Positions 36,528 to 45,075 of a stretch of DNA of 64,000 bases are shown here, piece by piece. The first letter of the stretch is position 1. The number at the start of each line of letters is the position of its first letter. The position numbers and the translations under genes are program-made. The notes under the pieces were generated by a model. The model searched no databases, was not told the origin of the DNA, and saw only the letters and a program-made list of their open reading frames with translations. The DNA lies in assembly GCA_964348615.1 (NCBI GenBank), contig CAYGDE010000001.1, positions 9,096 to 73,095 of the forward strand, written 5' to 3'. The DNA comes from an uncultured Gammaproteobacteria bacterium. Lineage in GTDB: Bacteria > Patescibacteriota > Microgenomatia > Curtissbacterales > GWA2-41-24.

Positions 36528-38780
36528 ATGAACATGCTCTCTGGCCTATTTAAAAAAGAAAAAGAGCAAAACCAAAATTACCTTGCAATAGTTATTGCCC
36601 CAGACAGGGTTCTGGCAACCATTTGGACATTTGAAGAAGACCGTATTAAAACATTAGGGTTTGGCCATAAAAACTTCAAGGATGAAGATGTTCTGATCCA
36701 CCAAGCAGCAATAGCAATAGACAGTGCCGGTGAACAGGCAAAAGTAGACATTACCAAAACCGTCTATGGACTTTCGGAATATTATTTGGAAGATGGGTCC
36801 CTTTCGAGGCAAAGTTCAAAAATCTTAAAAAAACTATCATCCGATCTGGACCTCGACCCTCAAGCTTTTGTACCATTGGCGGCAAGCATAAACCATCTTT
36901 TAAAAGTTGAAGAATCCCAAACACCTCACACCGTCCTAATGGGTATTTTTGAAAACTTTTGCGAAGTCCATTTGTTAGAATCGGGCAAAGTTTCAAAAAC
37001 CCACGTCTCAAAAGGTCCAACAAATATTGAAAAGCTTAAAAACCTAGCCAATACCTTAAAAGAAGAAGGCAGGACTTTACCCGCAAGGATTGTAGTTTAC
37101 GGTATAAGCGAATCTTCCCAGCTTGCCGAAAAAATTGCCAATGATCCTTGGGAACAGCTATTCATGCATGAACCAAAAGTAGATTTTCTAGACGATGCAG
37201 AACTGTCTCGGTCAATCGCCTACGCTCAAGCAGCAGACGTTTTGGGTTACGACCCACAAATCCGCAAAGGTCCAAAAGAAGACGGAAACATTAATCCTTC
37301 AGGGTTAGCCGCCGGAAACGAACTTCCCTTACAAGGCGAACAGGAAAAAGAAGCAGCCGCGCAAAAAGAGGAGGAAACAAAATCTGAAGACGCTGCCCAA
37401 GAATATAAGACCAACGAATTAGGTTTTGTTGAAGGGGAGGATATTCTACTTTTGGAAAATAAACTAGAAGCAAAAGAGGCAGAGCCAACCAAAGCCCAAA
37501 TTTCACCCAAAGAAGAATATGCAGTAAACGTTGAACAGGCCGCAAATATTGCTCCGGTTTCGCAGCAACCAACACCGCAACCAAAAAACAAAACCCCCTT
37601 GCTTCCAAGTCTCCATTTTCCCCAATTACCTAATCCTTTAAGTCTTATAAAAGGCCCAAAGTCTGCTCAAAAATTTATGATTGCAGCGGGTATTTTACTG
37701 TTTGTTGCGCTTGGCGGTACTTTTGCTTTTGGCCAAACAATGGCAAATGCTACCATCCAAATTAAGGTAAACGGTAAAGAATTTGACAAAGATTTCCAAA
37801 TAAGCGCCAAAGTTGGTGAAAGTTACAACAAAGACGATGCTCAAATAGGAGCAGCTCTTATAAGTGCGAAGACTTCTGCAAGTCAAAAAGCAGTAGCAAC
37901 AGGTTCCAAAAAAATCGGCCAAGGAGCCAAAGGCCCAATCACTATTTCAAACTGGACAACCGCAGAAAAAAGCTTTTCTCCCCAAACAGGTATTATTTCC
38001 AAAGATGGTATTAAATTCTCACTCGACTCAGATGTTACAGTTGCCTCAAGAAGTGCAGGGCCAGGACAAGCAAACGTGAACGTAACTGCTGTCGATTTAG
38101 GTACTGTTGGCAATCTAGGGGCAGGTAATTACTTTACTTTTCAAGAGTATGACCAACTTTCCTATGACGCCACAAACCCAAGTGCTTTTTCAGGGGGAGA
38201 CGAGAGGCAAGCAACAGTTGTTACAAAAGACGATATCGATAGGCTAGAAAAATCTGTTTTGGACACAGCAACCGAGAAAGCTAAATCAGACATACAAAAT
38301 CAGTCTGGAGGGCAAAAAATCGATTCCTCTCAGATCGAGGTGAAGGTATTAAAACGCACTCAAGACAAAAAAGCCGATGAAGAAGCCTCGCTTGTAAATC
38401 TAGACCTAGAAGTAGAAGCCACGGCGGTAGTTTATCTCGAAGATGAGCTCAAAGCACTTCTTGTAGACATTTACCAAAGCGAAGCCCCACAAAATCTGGA
38501 AATCCTACCGGAAAATATAAAAATTGAAGATTTAAAAATAACAAGAAACGAAGAGAATTTAGAAATAAGCGGCAAACTTAAAGCAAGCCTAGTGCCGAAG
38601 TTTAACCAAGAAGATCTTAAAAACATGATTGCCGGCAAAAGCACAAAAGATACCAGGGCTCAAATAATGTCACTTGGAGATATTGCAGATGTTAATGTTA
38701 CCTTTGTGCCAAATATTCCCATATTTTCTACAATCCCCAGAAACAAAAACAAGATCAGCTTTAAAGTAGAAACGAATTAA
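36528..38780 (+). CDS. large bitopic membrane protein: cytoplasmic N-terminal domain (possibly actin/PilM/FtsA-like), acidic linker, TM, about 360-aa extracytoplasmic domain
   Basis: TM FMIAAGILLFVALGGTFAFG at about residue 390; 1-nt overlap with the downstream sortase. Confidence 0.5.
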   Translation: MNMLSGLFKKEKEQNQNYLAIVIAPDRVLATIWTFEEDRIKTLGFGHKNFKDEDVLIHQAAIAIDSAGEQAKVDITKTVYGLSEYYLEDGSLSRQSSKILKKLSSDLDLDPQAFVPLAASINHLLKVEESQTPHTVLMGIFENFCEVHLLESGKVSKTHVSKGPTNIEKLKNLANTLKEEGRTLPARIVVYGISESSQLAEKIANDPWEQLFMHEPKVDFLDDAELSRSIAYAQAADVLGYDPQIRKGPKEDGNINPSGLAAGNELPLQGEQEKEAAAQKEEETKSEDAAQEYKTNELGFVEGEDILLLENKLEAKEAEPTKAQISPKEEYAVNVEQAANIAPVSQQPTPQPKNKTPLLPSLHFPQLPNPLSLIKGPKSAQKFMIAAGILLFVALGGTFAFGQTMANATIQIKVNGKEFDKDFQISAKVGESYNKDDAQIGAALISAKTSASQKAVATGSKKIGQGAKGPITISNWTTAEKSFSPQTGIISKDGIKFSLDSDVTVASRSAGPGQANVNVTAVDLGTVGNLGAGNYFTFQEYDQLSYDATNPSAFSGGDERQATVVTKDDIDRLEKSVLDTATEKAKSDIQNQSGGQKIDSSQIEVKVLKRTQDKKADEEASLVNLDLEVEATAVVYLEDELKALLVDIYQSEAPQNLEILPENIKIEDLKITRNEENLEISGKLKASLVPKFNQEDLKNMIAGKSTKDTRAQIMSLGDIADVNVTFVPNIPIFSTIPRNKNKISFKVETN

Positions 38781-39493
38781 TGCCACTCGCAGTTTACACA
38801 AAAGAAGACACTGCCCAAAAAATTAAACAGAAGAAAAGAAAAACCCGAACTTTCTTTGGCGCAATCTGTGCAGTTGGTATTATCGCAGTTGTATTTGCCG
38901 CCGGGCCTTTTATAATTTGGCAAACAAGAACACTCCCCAAACTAACCGCAAAAATTGACCAAGCACCAATTCCACAAAATTCTGTCCTGTCTGAAAAAAC
39001 GATTCAGTCAAATGTCGAAGTGGTTCAAGATTCCGACGGTTTTTCTTACTTCACAACAAACCTCAAACCCCAAGAGTCCAGACCTAAAGAATTCAAACTC
39101 TCAATCCCAAAGCTTGAAATAAAAGACGCAAAAGTTAGAGTCGATAGTCTGACTTTCAACGAAAATCTGGCTCTTTTTCCGGGGACAGCACTGCCGGGGG
39201 AAGTTGGTAACGCTTTTATTACTGGCCATTCAGTCCTGCCGCAATTTGCAGACCCCAAAAACTATCGTGCGATTTTTACCGAGCTTTCCGAGTTAGAAAT
39301 AGGCGATGATGTTTTTGTCCAGCGAGAAAACCAAACATTTCATTATGTGGTGCAGTATTCCAAGGTAGTGGACCCTAAAGATCTTTCTGTTCTTGCCCCT
39401 ATTTCTCAAAATGGCCAAAATCTCACCCTCATGACTTGCGTTCCTCCAGGCTCTGCCACAAAACGCCTAGTCGTCATCACTAGCCTGATCTAG
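38780..39493 (+). CDS. sortase-family transpeptidase
   Basis: N-terminal TM; FITGHSVL (catalytic His); LTLMTCVPPG (TLxTC catalytic Cys); R in RLVVITS. Confidence 0.75.
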   Translation: MPLAVYTKEDTAQKIKQKKRKTRTFFGAICAVGIIAVVFAAGPFIIWQTRTLPKLTAKIDQAPIPQNSVLSEKTIQSNVEVVQDSDGFSYFTTNLKPQESRPKEFKLSIPKLEIKDAKVRVDSLTFNENLALFPGTALPGEVGNAFITGHSVLPQFADPKNYRAIFTELSELEIGDDVFVQRENQTFHYVVQYSKVVDPKDLSVLAPISQNGQNLTLMTCVPPGSATKRLVVITSLI

Positions 39494-39525
39494 AATTGTC
39501 ACCTGTCACAATTGTAATTACCATC

Positions 39526-39554
39526 TTGATTTGATATTGAGGAATTTTTATAAT
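39526..39554 (+). promoter_or_regulatory. sigma-70-like promoter TTGATT-17-TATAAT at the head of a 350-nt intergenic region
   Basis: TTGATT at 39526-39531 and TATAAT at 39549-39554; next annotated ATG (ruvX) is about 290 nt downstream. Confidence 0.55.
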
Positions 39555-39843
39555 TTTTGTGTGGAAAGACTAAGGAATTATAAAGACATTCATGAGGCGA
39601 TGGGCCAAAGAGTTCAAGACCGAAGAGATCTAAAATTTCTTCTTTATGTAGGGCAAGTTCGATTAACCGTTAGTTTACAAAGTCTAAGCAGAAAAACAAA
39701 TCTAACGCCGCTTGCTTCCTTGAGTACAGGGACAACTGAGCCGCCCTTGTTAGGACGGGTACCTAGATAAAGCAAATTACCTTCATCATTGTAGGTCTTT
39801 CATTTGACAATTCCCGATTTACGATGAACAATCAACCATTAAC

Positions 39844-40230
39844 ATGCTCTTAGGAGTCGATCTAGGTAAAAAAACCACAGGTCTCGCAATTTCTGAAAGT
39901 ACGCTTGCAACGCCCTACAAAACCATAACCCACAAAACCGAAAAAGAAGCCTTAACAAAAATTATCGCCCAAATCGATGAGCTTAATATTGACACAGTTA
40001 TCTTAGGTTTTGTTGAAGGCAAAATAAAACCATTTTTTGTAAATTTTGCCAAGAAGCTGCAAGTCCAAAAACCTAAGATAAAAGTAATTTTGGTTGACGA
40101 AACATTAACCTCTGGACAGGCACGTCAAAGTATGGTTAAACTTGGAACCACAAGGCAAAAGCGGGCGCAAAAAGAACACGAAGTAGCCGCGGCCCTAATT
40201 TTGCAGATTTATCTGGATGCTAATGAATAA
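39844..40230 (+). CDS. ruvX: Holliday-junction resolvase-like RuvX/YqgF
   Basis: LLGVDLGKKTTGLAIS, VDETLTS, AAALILQIYLD. Confidence 0.8.
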   Translation: MLLGVDLGKKTTGLAISESTLATPYKTITHKTEKEALTKIIAQIDELNIDTVILGFVEGKIKPFFVNFAKKLQVQKPKIKVILVDETLTSGQARQSMVKLGTTRQKRAQKEHEVAAALILQIYLDANE

Positions 40231-40270
40231 GCTAAATGACTTTATTTAAATTGTTACAAAAAGTAATCAC

Positions 40271-40471
40271 ATGATAAGAAGTATCATCGCTCCAGTTCAG
40301 GCTTGGGTTCTTCTACAAGGAAAATGTGTGGGTTGTGGAAAATCTCTTACTCTTGGGCATAAATTCAAAAGGCAAGACAATACGCTGAAAGTTATTTGCC
40401 AGTGTGGCCGTATTTTTATTTTCGACAAACGAAAAGGCAGGTATAGGAGAGCAAACCCGGATGAAGCCTGA
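40271..40471 (+). CDS. small zinc-ribbon protein
   Basis: CVGCG ... CQCG pairs in a 66-aa basic protein. Confidence 0.4.
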   Translation: MIRSIIAPVQAWVLLQGKCVGCGKSLTLGHKFKRQDNTLKVICQCGRIFIFDKRKGRYRRANPDEA

Positions 40472-40523
40472 ATTAACTTTTGCTACTTTTGCTGTATTCG
40501 AAACTTGTGATACCTTAATATAG

Positions 40524-41516
40524 ATGAAACTCAGAAAGCTTCCTCTTTTCGCCATTCTTTTTGTCATCTTAATAGTTACGCCTATTGCCCTAAACCAGTT
40601 TTACAATTATCAACTCCAAGCCCCTAGCCAGGAAACTTCGCCAAAAAGATTTGTTATAAAACCTGGTCAACCCATCGTTCAGATCGCTCAAAACCTAGAA
40701 GAAGCTGGCCTTGTCAAAAACGCCTTTGCGTTTCGGCTTTTAGTTGGCCAAATGGGAATAGGCAAAAATATCCAGGCAGGGGATTTCAGTCTTTCTCCCA
40801 ATCTTCCTGCTCGCGAGCTGGCAAGTCAGCTCACTCATGGGGCCATTGATATTTGGATAACTTTTCCAGAAGGATTAAGAAAAGAAGAAATGGCCGAAAT
40901 CATAGAGGCCAGTCTAAAAACCAGCCAAAACGAAAAATATGCATTCGACAAAAGAGAATTTATAAAAATTGCCAAAGAAGGTTTTATGTTTCCGGATACC
41001 TATCTAATCGCCAAAGATGCAACAGCTCAAGATGTTGTAGATCAGCTCCAAGCCACTTTTAACCAGAAGGTAGACGAAAAACTTTTACAAAAAGGTGCAA
41101 ACAATAATCTTACCCAGCAGGATGTAGTAACTCTGGCATCAATAATAGAAAGGGAAGCCAAGACAAACGAGGAAAGGCCAATCATTGCCGGCATTTTGTT
41201 AAACAGGATCAATGCGGGTATTGCTCTGCAAGTTGATGCCACAGTCCAATATGCAAAAGGTTACGACAGTGCCAAAGACGGCTGGTGGCCACAAGTTACA
41301 ACAGGCGATTACAAATCGCAAGATTCACTCTACAACACCTACCTGCACACAGGTCTTCCCCCAACGCCGATTTCGAACCCCGGCATCGAATCTATAAGAG
41401 CAGCAGCCCAACCTCAAGAAACCGACTACATCTACTACCTGCACGACACAGAAGGCAAAATCCATTACGCAACAACAATTGAACAGCACAACGAAAATAT
41501 AGAAAAGTACCTATAG
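40524..41516 (+). CDS. mltG: endolytic murein transglycosylase MltG (YceG-like)
   Basis: N-terminal TM; FMFPDTYL; ASIIEREAKTNEERPIIAGILLNRI; LQVDATVQYA; YNTYLHTGLPPTPISNPG. Confidence 0.85.
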   Translation: MKLRKLPLFAILFVILIVTPIALNQFYNYQLQAPSQETSPKRFVIKPGQPIVQIAQNLEEAGLVKNAFAFRLLVGQMGIGKNIQAGDFSLSPNLPARELASQLTHGAIDIWITFPEGLRKEEMAEIIEASLKTSQNEKYAFDKREFIKIAKEGFMFPDTYLIAKDATAQDVVDQLQATFNQKVDEKLLQKGANNNLTQQDVVTLASIIEREAKTNEERPIIAGILLNRINAGIALQVDATVQYAKGYDSAKDGWWPQVTTGDYKSQDSLYNTYLHTGLPPTPISNPGIESIRAAAQPQETDYIYYLHDTEGKIHYATTIEQHNENIEKYL

Positions 41517-41525
41517 ACATTGCTC

Positions 41526-41554
41526 TTGACAACAGTAGTACCAAATGATATAAA
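41526..41554 (+). promoter_or_regulatory. sigma-70-like promoter TTGACA-17-TATAAA for rpoB
   Basis: TTGACA at 41526-41531 and TATAAA at 41549-41554; 180-nt structured leader follows. Confidence 0.65.
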
Positions 41555-41733
41555 TTACATCAGTAAACCTGATCAAGGGGAGAATTCACGTACCTCTTGA
41601 TCGTTTTGTGTTAGTTTGCGGATCATCCTCAACTTGATTCCGGGATGGACTTCCTGGTGATCCCCCAAAAAAATACACAACGTGCATGTTTTTTTTGGGC
41701 CAATTTCGAAATTATCTAAATTTTTAAAACCAA

Positions 41734-44700
41734 GTGGCGAAACGTATTTCCTGGGGACAACCTACATCTGCTAATTTACCGGCTCTTGATCTTATCCAAG
41801 TTCAAAGAGAATCTTTTAACAGCTTTTTGGAAAATGGCATCCCCGAAATTATTGCAGAAGTTTCCCCAATTAGTGATTTTACTGGTAAAAATTTCACACT
41901 AACATTTGGTAAGTTTTCTTTTGGTAAGTCTAAGCACACACCGGAAGAAGCAATAGAAAAAGGCGTAACCTACGATATTCCCTTAAAAGTTGAAGCTACA
42001 GTTTTAAATAAACAAACCGGTACCAAAAATACCCAGGAAGTATTTTTATGCGATCTTCCAGTCATGTTGGAAAAAGGGTCGTTTATCATAAACGGTATAG
42101 AACGTGCAGTTGTTAACCAGCTTGTTAGAGCACCCGGTGCTTACTACAGCGCAGAGATCGATCCAACAACTGGTAAAATGCTCTATAGCTGTGAAATCAG
42201 ACCGCTTCTTGGATCTTGGCTAGAATTTGCAATTACCAAAAACGATCTAATAACAGTCAAAATCGACAGAAGAAGAAAATTCCCCATAACCACATTCCTG
42301 CGTGCAATTGGTTTTTCTACAGACGAGCAAATAAGGAAACTTTTTGAATTTGTCAAAGACGAAAACCATCAAAAATTAATCGAAAACACCTTCGCCAAAG
42401 ACCCAACCGAAAATCAAGATGAAGCGCTTTTAGAAATCTACCGCAGAATGAGACCAGGAGATCACGTGGTTTTAGACAACGCCAAAACATTAATTGAAAA
42501 CATGTTTTTAAACCCAAGAAGGTATTCACTTGGCAAAGTTGGCAGATATAAAGTGCAAAAGAGGCTAAAAGCCATCAAAGACAAACTTCCGAAAGAAGAA
42601 ATAAAAGAAGGCGAAGAATTTATTCTTTCAACCAACGACTTCATCGCAACAATCGCATATCTATTTGAACTGCTTTCTGGAAACGGTAGGGTAGACGATA
42701 TCGATCATTTGGGCAACAGAAGAGTAAGAAGAGTTGGAGAACTAGTTGGCCAAAATGCTTTCAGGGTGGGTGTTTTGAGGCTAGAAAGGGTCATTCGGGA
42801 AAGAATGAGTCTTACTCCAACCGATACCACTCCTACCCCGTCAACTCTTATAAATGCCAGGCCAGTAATTTCTGCGGTCAATGAATTCTTTCGCTCTTCG
42901 CAGCTTTCAACCATACTAGACCAGACAAATCCACTTTCGGAATTGGACAATTTAAGAAGACTTACAGTTATGGGAATCGGTGGAATAGCCAGAGAACGAG
43001 CAGCTTTTTCTATCAGAGACATAAACCACTCTCAATATTCTAGGGTTTGTCCGATCAGATCTCCAGAAGGTCCAAACATTGGTCTTGTTACCTATATGTC
43101 GCTTTACACCAAAATCAACGAACATGGGTTTTTAGAAGCGCCATACAGGAAAGTCGAAAAAGACAAAAATGGCAAACCAAAAATATCAGATGAAATTATA
43201 TATTTAGCAGCAGACGACGAAGAAGAACATTACATAACCCACGCTCAGGTAAAAGTAGATGACAATGGTTATTTTCTAGAAGATCGTCTACCAGTTCGCT
43301 ACAAAGGTGAATTTACAACAGCTCCTCAAACTGCTGTCGAATATATAGATGTTGTTCCAAGACAAATAGTTGGAACTTCAGCGGCTCTAATTCCATTTTT
43401 GGCGCACGACGAAGCAAACCGTGCACTTATGGGTACGCACATGCAATGCCAAGCCGTACCCCTTATTAATCCCAACTCCCCAGCAGTTGGAACAGGTATG
43501 GAGGAAGTAGTGGGTATAAACATGGGAAGAGTGGTACTTGCACCGGCAGACGGAGAAGTAATATATGCCGATAGTAGAAAGATTACAATTAAAGTAAGTG
43601 GAAACCAAGAACATACATATACGATTCAAAAGTTTTTAAGATCGCCTCAAAGTACCTGCTATTCCCAAAAGGCAGTCGTAAATACTGGTGACAAAATCAA
43701 AAAAGGAGATGTCCTAATAGACGGTCCAGCAACTCAAGGCGGCGAGCTCGCCTTAGGACAAAACTTAACCATTGCCTATATGAGCTTTGAAGGATTAGGG
43801 TATGAAGATTCAATAGTAATTTCAGACAGACTTTACAAAGAAGATGTTTTAACCTCTGTCCACATAGAAGAATACGAAACATCTGTTGTCGAAACTAAAC
43901 TTGGGCCAGAAGAAACAACCAGAGATATCCCCAATGTTTCAGAAGAAGATCTTGCAAACCTAGACGAAAGTGGAATTATCGTAGTTGGTGCAGAAGTTGG
44001 CCCCAACGACATTATCGTGGGCAAAATCGCACCCAAAGGTGAAACAGAATTAACAGCAGAAGAAAGACTTCTGCGCGCAATTTTTGGTGAAAAAGCAAGG
44101 GAAGTAAGGGATACATCACTGCGTATGCCACACGGAGAAAAAGGTACAGTTATCGATGTTAAGATTTTGTCACGCGAAGCAGGTGACGAGCTGGAACACG
44201 GTGCACTCACCAAAATTTATGTCAAGGTTGCCCAAATGCGTAAAGTAGTAGTAGGCGACAAGCTTGCGGGTCGTCATGGTAACAAAGGTGTAATTTCCAA
44301 GATCATTCCAGCTTTTGACATGCCCTACTTGGAAGATGGAACCCCAATAGACATTATTATTAGTCCTCTTTCTGTTCTTTCCAGAATGAATCTAGGACAG
44401 CTTCTTGAAACCCATCTTGGATTTGCCGTCGACAAACTAAACTACAAAGTAGCACTTCCAGTTTTTGAGCATATCTCAGAGGATCGAATTACCAAAGAGT
44501 TAGAAAAAGCAAATCTTCCTTTAGATGGTCGAATGAGTCTTTACAACAGTAAAACGGGCGAACCTTTCGACAGACCAATTGTTGTCGGCAAAAACTATAT
44601 CATGAAGCTTATTCACATGGTCGAAGACAAGACCCATGCAAGAAGCACTGGTCCATACTCATTAATTACTCAGCAGCCATTAGGTGGAAAAGCTCAAATG

Positions 44701-45075
44701 GGGGGCCAAAGACTTGGAGAAATGGAAGTCTGGGCATTGGAAGCATATGGCGCAGCTTACACATTGCAGGAAATGTTAACTATAAAATCAGACGATGTTG
44801 TCGGAAGGGCAAAAGCATTCGAAGCCATCATCAAAGGAACCGAAATCCCACAAGCACTTATTCCAGAATCCTTCAAGGTTTTGGTCAAGGAGCTTAACAG
44901 TTTGTGTCTAAACGTACAGACAATCGGCGCCAAAACAGTAGAAGAAGAAGTTAAGCCAAAAACAGACGAAGACGTCAAAAAAGCTGAAGAATTTGCCCAG
45001 GCAGTTGGAGTAGAAATTATTGCAACCGAGGCAGAAATTGAGGCAAAAAGTAGCCCGATGGAGGTCACAGAATGA
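41734..45075 (+). CDS. rpoB: DNA-directed RNA polymerase subunit beta
   Basis: 1113 aa; canonical beta motifs. Confidence 0.97.
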   Translation: MAKRISWGQPTSANLPALDLIQVQRESFNSFLENGIPEIIAEVSPISDFTGKNFTLTFGKFSFGKSKHTPEEAIEKGVTYDIPLKVEATVLNKQTGTKNTQEVFLCDLPVMLEKGSFIINGIERAVVNQLVRAPGAYYSAEIDPTTGKMLYSCEIRPLLGSWLEFAITKNDLITVKIDRRRKFPITTFLRAIGFSTDEQIRKLFEFVKDENHQKLIENTFAKDPTENQDEALLEIYRRMRPGDHVVLDNAKTLIENMFLNPRRYSLGKVGRYKVQKRLKAIKDKLPKEEIKEGEEFILSTNDFIATIAYLFELLSGNGRVDDIDHLGNRRVRRVGELVGQNAFRVGVLRLERVIRERMSLTPTDTTPTPSTLINARPVISAVNEFFRSSQLSTILDQTNPLSELDNLRRLTVMGIGGIARERAAFSIRDINHSQYSRVCPIRSPEGPNIGLVTYMSLYTKINEHGFLEAPYRKVEKDKNGKPKISDEIIYLAADDEEEHYITHAQVKVDDNGYFLEDRLPVRYKGEFTTAPQTAVEYIDVVPRQIVGTSAALIPFLAHDEANRALMGTHMQCQAVPLINPNSPAVGTGMEEVVGINMGRVVLAPADGEVIYADSRKITIKVSGNQEHTYTIQKFLRSPQSTCYSQKAVVNTGDKIKKGDVLIDGPATQGGELALGQNLTIAYMSFEGLGYEDSIVISDRLYKEDVLTSVHIEEYETSVVETKLGPEETTRDIPNVSEEDLANLDESGIIVVGAEVGPNDIIVGKIAPKGETELTAEERLLRAIFGEKAREVRDTSLRMPHGEKGTVIDVKILSREAGDELEHGALTKIYVKVAQMRKVVVGDKLAGRHGNKGVISKIIPAFDMPYLEDGTPIDIIISPLSVLSRMNLGQLLETHLGFAVDKLNYKVALPVFEHISEDRITKELEKANLPLDGRMSLYNSKTGEPFDRPIVVGKNYIMKLIHMVEDKTHARSTGPYSLITQQPLGGKAQMGGQRLGEMEVWALEAYGAAYTLQEMLTIKSDDVVGRAKAFEAIIKGTEIPQALIPESFKVLVKELNSLCLNVQTIGAKTVEEEVKPKTDEDVKKAEEFAQAVGVEIIATEAEIEAKSSPMEVTE

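Noticed and set aside
39531-39770. 79-aa + strand ORF in the ruvX-upstream intergenic region.
   Set aside because: It starts upstream of the only credible promoter -10 box. It has no RBS or family resemblance, so the region is more likely non-coding.
39700-39770. Possible SRP RNA (ffs) on the minus strand, based on AAGGAAGCAAGC.
   Set aside because: I could not assemble the characteristic long hairpin with a GNRA tetraloop by hand. It is kept only as a check item.
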